A DNA stretch of 64,000 bases, taken from the NCBI GenBank assembly GCA_964016885.1, contig OZ024740.1, positions 107,508,001 through 107,572,000 of the forward strand, read 5' to 3'. The translations under genes and the position numbers were made by a program. Shown here piece by piece: positions 39,701 to 51,200 of the stretch (positions are counted from its first letter, which is position 1; every line of letters starts with the position of its first letter). Under the pieces are notes generated by a model, which was not told the origin of the DNA, ran no database searches, and saw only the letters and a program-made list of their open reading frames with translations. Source of the DNA: Eledone cirrhosa. Its lineage: Eukaryota.

Positions 39701-42700
39701 GAGAGGAGGAGAGCCAGTAATGAATGTTGTGTAGAGAAATGGAATAAGATGGTTGGGCCATGTATTGAGGAAAGATGACAGTGGCTGGGTGAGAGGAGTA
39801 GAGCCAGTAATGAATGTTGTGAAGAGAAATGGAATAATAAGGTTGGGCCATGTATTGAGGAAAGATGACAGTGGCTGGGTGAGAGGAGTAGAGCCAGTAA
39901 TGAATGTTGTGAAGAGAAATGGAATAAGATGGTTGGGCCATGTATTGAGGAAATATGACAGTGGCTGGGTGAGAGGAGTAGAGCCAGTAATGAATGTTGT
40001 GAAGAGAAATGGAATAAGATGGTTGGGCCATGTATTGAGGAAAGATGACAGTGGCTGGGTGAGAGGAGTAGAGCTAGTAATGAATGTTGTGAAGAGAAAT
40101 GGAATAAGATGGTTGGGCCATGTATTGAGGAAAGATGACAGTGGCTGGGTGAGAGGAGTAGAGCCAGTAATGAATGTTGTGAAGAGAAATGGAATAAGAT
40201 GGTTGGGCCATGTATTGAGGAAAAATGACAGTGGCTGGGTGAGAGGAGTAATGAATGTTGTGAAGAGAAATGGAATAAGATGGTTGGGCCATGTATTGAG
40301 GAAAGATGACAGTGGCTGGGTGAGAGGAGTAGAGCCAGTAATGAATGTTGTGAAGAGAAATGGAATAAGATGGTTGGGCCATGTATTGAGGAAATATGAC
40401 AGTGGCTGGGTGAGAGGAGTAGAGCCAGTAATGAATGTTGTGAAGAGAAATGGAATAAGATGGTTGGGCCATGTATTGAGGAAAGATGACAGTGGCTGGG
40501 TGAGAGGAGTAGAGCTAGTAATGAATGTTGTGAAGAGAAATGGAATAAGATGGTTGGGCCATGTATTGAGGAAAGATGACAGTGGCTGGGTGAGAGGAGT
40601 AATGAATGTTGTGAAGAGAAATGGAATAAGATGGTTGGGCCATGTATTGAGGAAAGATGACAGTGGCTGGGTGAGAGGAGTAGAGCCAGTAATGAATGTT
40701 GTGAAGAGAAATGGAATAAGATGGTTGGGCCATGTATTGAGGAAAGATGACAGTGGCTGGGTGAGAGGAGTAGAGCTAGTAATGAATGTTGTGAAGAGAA
40801 ATGGAATAAGATGGTTGGGCCATGTATTGAGGAAAGATGACAGTGGCTGGGTGAGAGGAGTAGAGCCAGTAATGAATGTTGTGAAGAGAAATGGAATAAG
40901 ATGGTTGGGCCATGTATTGAGGAAAAATGACAGTGGCTGGGTGAGAGGAGTAATGAATGTTGTGAAGAGAAATGGAATAAGATGGTTGGGCCATGTATTG
41001 AGGAAAGATGACAGTGGCTGGGTGAGAGGAGTAGAGCCAGTAATGAATGTTGTGAAGAGAAATGGAATAAGATGGTTGGGCCATGTATTGAGGAAAAATG
41101 ACAGTGGCTGGGTGAGAGGAGTAATGAATGTTGTGAAGAGAAATGGAATAAGATGGTTGGGCCATGTATTGAGGAAAAATGACAGTGGCTGGGTGAGAGG
41201 AGTAATGAATGTTGTGAAGAGAAATGGAATAAGATGGTTGGGCCATGTATTGAGGAAAGATGACAGTGGCTGGGTGAGAGGAGTAGAGCCAGTAATGAAT
41301 GTTGTGAAGAGAAATGGAATAAGATGGTTGGGCCATGTATTGAGGAAAGATGACAGTGGCTGGGTGAGAGGAGTAGAGCTAGTAATGAATGTTGTGAAGA
41401 GAAATGGAATAAGATGGTTGGGCCATGTATTGAGGAAAGATGACAGTGGCTGGGTGAGAGGAGTAGAGCCAGTAATGAATGTTGTGAAGAGAAATGGAAT
41501 AAGATGGTTGGGCCATGTATTGAGGAAAGATGACAGTGGCTGGGTGAGAGGAGTAGAGCCAGTAATGAATGTTGTGAAGAGAAATGGAATAAGATGGTTG
41601 GGCCATGTATTGAGGAAAGATGACAGTGGCTGGGTGAGAGGAGTAGAGCTAGTAATGAATGTTGTGAAGAGAAATGGAATAAGATGGTTGGGCCATGTAT
41701 TGAGGAAAGATGACAGTGGCTGGGTGAGAGGAGTAGAGCCAGTAATGAATGTTGTGAAGAGAAATGGAATAAGATGGTTGGGCCATGTATTGAGGAAAGA
41801 TGACAGTGGCTGGGTGAGAGGAGTAGAGCCAGTAATGAATGTTGTGAAGAGAAATGGAATAAGATGGTTGGGCCATGTATTGAGGAAAGATGACAGTGGC
41901 TGGGTGAGAGGAGTAGAGCTAGTAATGAATGTTGTGAAGAGAAATGGAATAAGATGGTTGGGCCATGTATTGAGGAAAGATGACAGTGGCTGGGTGAGAG
42001 GAGTAGAGCCAGTAATGAATGTTGTGAAGAGAAATGGAATAAGATGGTTGGGCCATGTATTGAGGAAAAATGACAGTGGCTGGGTGAGAGGAGTAATGAA
42101 TGTTGTGAAGAGAAATGGAATAAGATGGTTGGGCCATGTATTGAGGAAAGATGACAGTGGCTGGGTGAGAGGAGTAGAGCCAGTAATGAATGTTGTGAAG
42201 AGAAATGGAATAAGATGGTTGGGCCATGTATTGAGGAAAAATGACAGTGGCTGGGTGAGAGGAGTAATGAATGTTGTGAAGAGAAATGGAATAAGATGGT
42301 TGGGCCATGTATTGAGGAAAAATGACAGTGGCTGGGTGAGAGGAGTAATGAATGTTGTGAAGAGAAATGGAATAAGATGGTTGGGCCATGTATTGAGGAA
42401 AGATGACAGTGGCTGGGTGAGAGGAGTAGAGCCAGTAATGAATGTTGTGAAGAGAAATGGAATAAGATGGTTGGGCCATGTATTGAGGAAATATGACAGT
42501 GGCTGGGTGAGAGGAGTAGAGCCAGTAATGAATGTTGTGAAGAGAAATGGAATAAGATGGTTGGGCCATGTATTGAGGAAAAATGACAGTGGCTGGGTGA
42601 GAGGAGTAATGAATGTTGTGAAGAGAAATGGAATAAGATGGTTGGGCCATGTATTGAGGAAAAATGACAGTGGCTGGGTGAGAGGAGTAATGAATGTTGT

Positions 42701-45700
42701 GAAGAGAAATGGAATAAGATGGTTGGGCCATGTATTGAGGAAAGATGACAGTGGCTGGGTGAGTGGAGTAGAGCCAGTAATGAATGTTGTGAAGAGAAAT
42801 GGAATAAGATGGTTGGGCCATGTATTGAGGAAAGATCACAGTGGCTGGGTGAGAGGAGTAGAGCCAGTAATGAATGTTGTAAAGAGAAATGGAATAAGAT
42901 GGTTGGGCCATGTATTGAGGAAAAATGACAGTGGCTGGGTGAGAGGAGTAATGAATGTTGTGAAGAGAAATGGAATAAGATGGTTGGGCCATGTATTGAG
43001 GAAAGATGACAGTGGCTGGGTGAGTGGAGTAGAGCCAGTAATGAATGTTGTGAAGAGAAATGGAATAAGATGGTTGGGCCATGTATTGAGGAAAGATGAC
43101 AGTGGCTGGGTGAGAGGAGTAGAGCCAGTAATGAATGTTGTGAAGAGAAATGGAATAAGATGGTTGGATCATGTATTGAGGAAAGATGACAGTGGCTGGG
43201 TGAGAGGGGTAGAGCCAGTAATGAATGTTGTGAAGAGAAATGGAATAAGATGGTTGGGCCATGTATTGAGGAAAGATGACAGTGGCTGGGTGAGAGGAGT
43301 AGAGCCAGTAATGAATGTTGTGAAGAGAAATGGAATAAGATGGTTGGATCATGTATTGAGGAAAGATGACAGTGGCTGGGTGAGAGGAGTAGAGCCAGTA
43401 ATGAATGTTGTGAAGAGAAATGGAATAAGATGGTTGGGCCATATATTGAGGAAAGATGACAGTGGCTGGGTGAGAGGAGTAGAGCCAGTAATGAATGTTG
43501 TGAAGAGAAATGGAATAAGAAGGTTGGATCATGTATTGAGGAAAGATGACAGTGGCTGGGTGAGAGGAGTAGAGCCAGTAATGAATGTTGTGAAGAGAAA
43601 TGGAATAAGATGGCTGGGCCATGTATTGAGGAAAGGTGACAGTGGCTGGGTGAGAGGAGTAGAGCTAGTAATGAATGTTGTGAAGAGAAATGGAATAAGA
43701 AGGTGGGATCATGTATTGAGGAAAGATGACAGTGGCTGGGTGAGAGGAGTAGAGCCAGTAATGAATGTTGTGAAGAGAAATGGAATAAGAAGGTTGGATC
43801 ATGTATTGAGGAAAGATGACAGTGGCTGGGTGAGAGGAGTAGAGCCAGTAATGAATGTTGTGAAGAGAAATGGAATAAGATGGCTGGGCCATGTATTGAG
43901 GAAAGGTGACAGTGGCTGGGTGAGAGGAGTAGAGCTAGTAATGAATGTTGTGAAGAGAAATGGAATAAGAAGGTGGGATCATGTATTGAGGAAAGATGAC
44001 AGTGGCTGGGTGAGAGGAGTAGAGCCAGTAATGAATGTTGTGAAGAGAAATGGAATAAGAAGGTTGGATCATGTATTGAGGAAAGATGACAGTGGCTGGG
44101 TGAGAGGAGTAGAGCCAGTAATGAATGTTGTGAAGAGAAATGGAATAAGATGGTTGGGCCATGTATTGAGGAAAGATGACAGTGGCTGGGTGAGAGGAGT
44201 AGAGCCAGTAATGAATGTTGTGAAGAGAAATGGAATAAGATGGTTGGGTCATGTGTTTAGGAAAGATGACAGTGGCTGGGTGAGAGGAGTAGAGCCAGTA
44301 ATGAATGTTGTGAAGAGAAATGGAATAAGAAGGTTGGATCATGTATTGAGGAAAGATGACAGTGGCTGGGTGAGAGGAGTAGAGCCAGTAATGAATGTTG
44401 TGAAGAGAAATGGAATAAGATGGTTTGGCCATGTATTGAGGAAAGATGACAGTGGCTGGGTGAGAGGAGTAGAGTCAGTAATGAATGTTGTGAAGAGAAA
44501 TGGAATAAGATGGTTTGGCCATGTATTGAGGAAAGATGACAGTGGCTGGGTGAGAGGAGTAGAGCCTGTAATGAATGTTGTGAAGAGAAATGGAATAAGA
44601 TGGTTTGGCCATGTATTGAGGAAAGATGACAGTGGCTGGGTGAGAGGAGTAGAGCCAGTAATGAATGTTGTGAAGAGAAATGGAATAAGATGGTTTGGCC
44701 ATGTATTGAGGAAAGATGACAGTGGCTGGGTGAGAGGAGTAGAGCCAGTAATGAATGTTGTGAAGAGAAATGGAATAAGATGGTTTGGCCATGTATTGAG
44801 GAAAGATGACAGTGGCTGGGTGAGAGGAGTAGAGCCAGTAATGAATGTTGTGAAGAGAAATGGAATAAGATGGTTTGGCCATGTATTGAGGAAAGATGAC
44901 AGTGGCTGGGTGAGAGGAGTAGAGCCAGTAATGAATGTTGTGAAGAGAAATGGAATAAGATGGTTTGGCCATGTATTGAGGAAAGATGACAGTGGCTGGG
45001 TGAGAGGAGTAGAGCCAGTAATGAATGTTGTGAAGAGAAATGGAATAAGATGGTTTGGCCATGTATTGAGGAAAGATGACAGTGGCTGGGTGAGAGGAGT
45101 AGAGCCAGTAATGAATGTTGTGAAGAGAAATGGAATAAGATGGTTGGGCCATGTATTGAGGAAAGATGACAGTGGCTGGGTGAGAGGAGTAGAGCCAGTA
45201 ATGAATGTTGTGAAGAGAAATGGAATAAGAAGGTTGGATCATGTATTGAGGAAAGATGACAGTGGCTGGGTGAGAGGAGTAGAGCCAGTAATGAATGTTG
45301 TGAAGAGAAATGGAATAAGATGGTTGGGCCATGTATTGAGGAAAGATGACAGTGGCTGGGTGAGAGGAGTAGAGCTAGTAATGAATGTTGTGAAGAGAAA
45401 TGGAATAAGATGGTTGGGCCATGTATTGAGGAAAGATGACAGTGGCTGGGTGAGAGGAGTAGAGCCAGTAATGAATGTTGTGAAGAGAAATGGAATAAGA
45501 TGGTTGGGCCATGTATTGAGGAAAAATGCCAGTGGCTGGGTGAGAGGAGTAATGAATGTTGTGAAGAGAAATGGAATAAGATGGTTGGGCCATGTATTGA
45601 GGAAAGATGACAGTGGCTGGGTGAGAGGAGTAGAGCCAGTAATGAATGTTGTGAAGAGAAATGGAATAAGATGGTTGGGCCATGTATTGAGGAAAAATGA

Positions 45701-48250
45701 CAGTGGCTGGGTGAGAGGAGTAATGAATGTTGTGAAGAGAAATGGAATAAGATGGTTGGGCCATGTATTGAGGAAAAATGACAGTGGCTGGGTGAGAGGA
45801 GTAATGAATGTTGTGAAGAGAAATGGAATAAGATGGTTGGGCCATGTATTGAGGAAAGATGACAGTGGCTGGGTGAGTGGAGTAGAGCCAGTAATGAATG
45901 TTGTGAAGAGAAATGGAATAAGATGGTTGGGCCATGTATTGAGGAAAGATGACAGTGGCTGGGTGAGAGGAGTAGAGCCAGTAATGAATGTTGTGAAGAG
46001 AAATGGAATAAGATGGTTGGATCATGTATTGAGGAAAGATGACAGTGGCTGGGTGAGAGGGGTAGAGCCAGTAATGAATGTTGTGAAGAGAAATGGAATA
46101 AGATGGTTGGGCCATGTATTGAGGAAAGATGACAGTGGCTGGGTGAGAGGAGTAGAGCCAGTAATGAATGTTGTGAAGAGAAATGGAATAAGATGGTTGG
46201 ATCATGTATTGAGGAAAGATGACAGTGGCTGGGTGAGAGGAGTAGAGCCAGTAATGAATGTTGTGAAGAGAAATGGAATAAGATGGTTGGGCCATATATT
46301 GAGGAAAGATGACAGTGGCTGGGTGAGAGGAGTAGAGCCAGTAATGAATGTTGTGAAGAGAAATGGAATAAGAAGGTTGGATCATGTATTGAGGAAAGAT
46401 GACAGTGGCTGGGTGAGAGGGGTAGAGCCAGTAATGAATGTTGTGAAGAGAAATGGAATAAGAAGGTGGGATCATGTATTGAGGAAAGATGACAGTGGCT
46501 GGGTGAGAGGAGTAGAGCCAGTAATGAATGTTGTGAAGAGAAATGGAATAAGAAGGTTGGATCATGTATTGAGGAAAGATGACAGTGGCTGGGTGAGAGG
46601 AGTAGAGCCAGTAATGAATGTTGTGAAGAGAAATGGAATAAGATGGCTGGGCCATGTATTGAGGAAAGGTGACAGTGGCTGGGTGAGAGGAGTAGAGCTA
46701 GTAATGAATGTTGTGAAGAGAAATGGAATAAGAAGGTGGGATCATGTATTGAGGAAAGATGACAGTGGCTGGGTGAGAGGAGTAGAGCCAGTAATGAATG
46801 TTGTGAAGAGAAATGGAATAAGAAGGTTGGATCATGTATTGAGGAAAGATGACAGTGGCTGGGTGAGAGGAGTAGAGCCAGTAATGAATGTTGTGAAGAG
46901 AAATGGAATAAGATGGCTGGGCCATGTATTGAGGAAAGATGACAGTGGCTGGGTGAGAGGAGTAGAGCCAGTAATGAATGTTGTGAAGAGAAATGGAATA
47001 AGATGGTTGGGTCATGTGTTTAGGAAAGATGACAGTGGCTGGGTGAGAGGAGTAGAGCCAGTAATGAATGTTGTGAAGAGAAATGGAATAAGATGGCTGG
47101 GCCATGTATTGAGGAAAGATGACAGTGGCTGGGTGAGAGGAGTAGAGCCAGTAATGAATGTTGTGAAGAGAAATGGAATAAGATGGTTGGGCCATGTATT
47201 GAGGAAAGATGACAGTGGCTGGGTGAGAGGAGTAGAGCCAGTAATGAATGTTGTGAAGAGAAATGGAATAAGATGGTTGGGCCATGTATTGAGGAAAGAT
47301 GACAGAGGCTGGGTGAGAGCAGTAGAGCCAGTAATGAATGTTGTGAAGAGAAATGGAATAAGATGGTTGGGCCATGTATTGAGGAAAGATGACAGTGGCT
47401 GGGTGAGAGGAGTAGGGCCAGTAATGAATGTAGTGAAGAGAAATGGAATAAGATGGTTGGGCCATGTATTGAGGAAAGATGACAGTGGCTGGGTGAGAGG
47501 AGTAGAGCCAGTAATGAATGTTGTGAAGAGAAATGGAATAAGATGGTTTGGCTATGTATTGAGGAAAGATGACAGTGGCTGGGTGAGAGGAGTAGAGCCA
47601 GTAATGAATGTTGTGAAGAGAAATGGAATAAGATGGTTGGGCCATGTATTGAGGAAAGATGACAGTGGCTGGGTGAGAGGAGTAGAGCCAGTAATGAATG
47701 TTGTGAAGAGAAATGGAATAAGATGGTTGGATCATGTATTGAGGAAAGATGACAGTGGCTGGGTGAGAGGAGTAGAGCCAGTAATGAATGTTGTGAAGAG
47801 AAATGGAATAAGATGGTTGGGCTATGTATTGAGGAAAGATGACAGTGGCTGGCTGAGAGGAGTAGAGCCAGTAATGATTGTTGTGAAGAGAAATGGAATA
47901 AGATGGTTGGGCCATGTATTGAGGAAAGATGATAGTGGCTGGGTGAGAGGAGTAGAGCCAGTAATGAATGTTGTGAAGGGAAATGGAATAAGATGTTTGG
48001 GCCATGTATTGAGGAAAGATGACAGTGGCTGGGTGAGAGGAGTAGAGCTAGTAATGAATGTTGTGAAGAGAAATGGAATAAGAAGGTTGGATCATGTATT
48101 GAGGAAAGATGACAGTGGCTGGGTGAGAGAAGTAGAGCCAGTAATGAATGTTGTGAAGAGAAATGGAATAATAAGGTTGGATCATGTATTGAGGAAAGAT
48201 GACAGTGGCTGGGTGAGAGGAGGAGAGCCAGTAATGAATGTTGTGTAGAG
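21760..48250 (+). repeat. Four dispersed copies of a multi-kb higher-order block
   Basis: The same ordered series of rare variants (GGGCCA+GTAGTG, TTTGGCTAT, ATGATT, GATAGT, AAGGGA+TGTTTG, GAGCTA, AGAGAA, ATAATA, GGAGGAGAG) spans 24101-24940, 33011-33850, 38897-39735 and 47411-48250. Offsets are 8910, 5886 and 8514 bp. Confidence 0.9.
44400..45110 (+). repeat. Run of 8 consecutive TGGTTTGGC variant monomers
   Basis: TGGTTTGGCC occurs at 44421, 44511, 44601, 44691, 44781, 44871, 44961 and 45051. Confidence 0.95.
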
Positions 48251-51200
48251 AAATGGAATAAGATGGTTGGGCCATGTATTGAGGAAAGATGACAGTGGCT
48301 GGGTGAGAGGAGTAGAGCCAGTAATGAATGTTGTGAAGAGAAATGGAATAAGATGGTTGGGCCATGTATTGAGGAAAAATGACAGTGGCTGGGTGAGAGG
48401 AGTAATGAATGTTGTGAAGAGAAATGGAATAAGATGGTTGGGCCATGTATTGAGGAAAGATGACAGTGGCTGGGTGAGTGGAGTAGAGCCAGTAATGAAT
48501 GTTGTGAAGAGAAATGGAATAAGATGGTTGGGCCATGTATTGAGGAAAGATGACAGTGGCTGGGTGAGAGGAGTAGAGCCAGTAATGAATGTTGTGAAGA
48601 GAAATGGAATAAGATGGTTGGGCCATGTATTGAGGAAAAATGACAGTGGCTGGGTGAGAGGAGTAATGAATGTTGTGAAGAGAAATGGAATAAGATGGTT
48701 GGGCCATGTATTGAGGAAAAATGACAGTGGCTGGGTGAGAGGAGTAATGAATGTTGTGAAGAGAAATGGAATAAGATGGTTGGGCCATGTATTGAGGAAA
48801 GATGACAGTGGCTGGGTGAGAGGAGTAGAGCCAGTAATGAATGTTGTGAAGAGAAATGGAATAAGATGGTTGGGCCATGTATTGAGGAAAAATGACAGTG
48901 GCTGGGTGAGAGGAGTAATGAATGTTGTGAAGAGAAATGGAATAAGATGGTTGGGCCATGTATTGAGGAAAAATGACAGTGGCTGGGTGAGAGGAGTAAT
49001 GAATGTTGTGAAGAGAAATGGAATAAGATGGTTGGGCCATGTATTGAGGAAAAATGACAGTGGCTGGGTGAGAGGAGTAATGAATGTTGTGAAGAGAAAT
49101 GGAATAAGATGGTTGGGCCATGTATTGAGGAAAGATGACAGTGGCTGGGTGAGTGGAGTAGAGCCAGTAATGAATGTTGTGAAGAGAAATGGAATAAGAT
49201 GGTTGGGCCATGTATTGAGGAAAGATCACAGTGGCTGGGTGAGAGGAGTAGAGCCAGTAATGAATGTTGTGAAGAGAAATGGAATAAGATGGTTGGGCCA
49301 TGTATTGAGGAAAAATGACAGTGGCTGGGTGAGAGGAGTAATGAATGTTGTGAAGAGAAATGGAATAAGATGGTTGGGCCATGTATTGAGGAAAGATGAC
49401 AGTGGCTGGGTGAGAGGAGTAGAGCCAGTAATGAATGTTGTGAAGAGAAATGGAATAAGATGGTTGGGCCATGTATTGAGGAAAGATGACAGTGGCTGGG
49501 TGAGTGGAGTAGAGCCAGTAATGAATGTTGTGAAGAGAAATGGAATAAGATGGTTGGGCCATGTATTGAGGAAAGATGACAGTGGCTGGGTGAGTGGAGT
49601 AGAGCCAGTAATGAATGTTGTGAAGAGAAATGGAATAAGATGGTTGGGCCATGTATTGAGGAAAGATGACAGTGGCTGGGTGAGAGGAGTAGAGCCAGTA
49701 ATGAATGTTGTGAAGAGAAATGGAATAAGATGGTTGGATCATGTATTGAGGAAAGATGACAGTGGCTGGGTGAGAGGGGTAGAGCCAGTAATGAATGTTG
49801 TGAAGAGAAATGGAATAAGATGGTTGGGCCATGTATTGAGGAAAGATGACAGTGGCTGGGTGAGAGGAGTAGAGCCAGTAATGAATGTTGTGAAGAGAAA
49901 TGGAATAAGATGGTTGGATCATGTATTGAGGAAAGATGACAGTGGCTGGGTGAGAGGAGTAGAGCCAGTAATGAATGTTGTGAAGAGAAATGGAATAAGA
50001 TGGTTGGGCCATATATTCAGGAAAGATGACAGTGGCTGGGTGAGAGGAGTAGAGCCAGTAATGAATGTTGTGAAGAGAAATGGAATAAGAAGGTTGGATC
50101 ATGTATTGAGGAAAGATGACAGTGGCTGGGTGAGAGGAGTAGAGCCAGTAATGAATGTTGTGAAGAGAAATGGAATAAGATGGCTGGGCCATGTATTGAG
50201 GAAAGGTGACAGTGGCTGGGTGAGAGGAGTAGAGCTAGTAATGAATGTTGTGAAGAGAAATGGAATAAGAAGGTGGGATCATGTATTGAGGAAAGATGAC
50301 AGTGGCTGGGTGAGAGGAGTAGAGCCAGTAATGAATGTTGTGAAGAGAAATGGAATAAGAAGGTTGGATCATGTATTGAGGAAAGATGACAGTGGCTGGG
50401 TGAGAGGAGTAGAGCCAGTAATGAATGTTGTGAAGAGAAATGGAATAAGATGGCTGGGCCATGTATTGAGGAAAGGTGACAGTGGCTGGGTGAGAGGAGT
50501 AGAGCTAGTAATGAATGTTGTGAAGAGAAATGGAATAAGAAGGTGGGATCATGTATTGAGGAAAGATGACAGTGGCTGGGTGAGAGGAGTAGAGCCAGTA
50601 ATGAATGTTGTGAAGAGAAATGGAATAAGAAGGTTGGATCATGTATTGAGGAAAGATGACAGTGGCTGGGTGAGAGGAGTAGAGCCAGTAATGAATGTTG
50701 TGAAGAGAAATGGAATAAGATGGTTGGGCCATGTATTGAGGAAAGATGACAGTGGCTGGGTGAGAGGAGTAGAGCCAGTAATGAATGTTGTGAAGAGAAA
50801 TGGAATAAGATGGTTGGGCCATGTATTGAGGAAAGATGACAGTGGCTGGGTGAGAGGAGTAGAGCCAGTAATGAATGTTGTGAAGAGAAATGGAATAAGA
50901 TGGTTGGGCCATGTATTGAGGAAAGATGACAGTGGCTGGGTGAGAGGAGTAGAGCCAGTAATGAATGTTGTGAAGAGAAATGGAATAAGATGGTTGGGTC
51001 ATGTGTTTAGGAAAGATGACAGTGGCTGGGTGAGAGGAGTAGAGCCAGTAATGAATGTTGTGAAGAGAAATGGAATAAGAAGGTTGGATCATGTATTGAG
51101 GAAAGATGACAGTGGCTGGGTGAGAGGAGTAGAGCCAGTAATGAATGTTGTGAAGAGAAATGGAATAAGATGGTTGGGCCATGTATTGAGGAAAGATGAC

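Noticed and set aside
464-48248. Plus-strand repeat ORFs as real protein-coding genes or a functional reverse transcriptase
   Set aside because: They are pure 30-aa repetition of a LINE C-terminal fragment, with no RT catalytic (YADD-type) or endonuclease domain. Scattered stops are propagated by duplication, and the upstream frame is broken.
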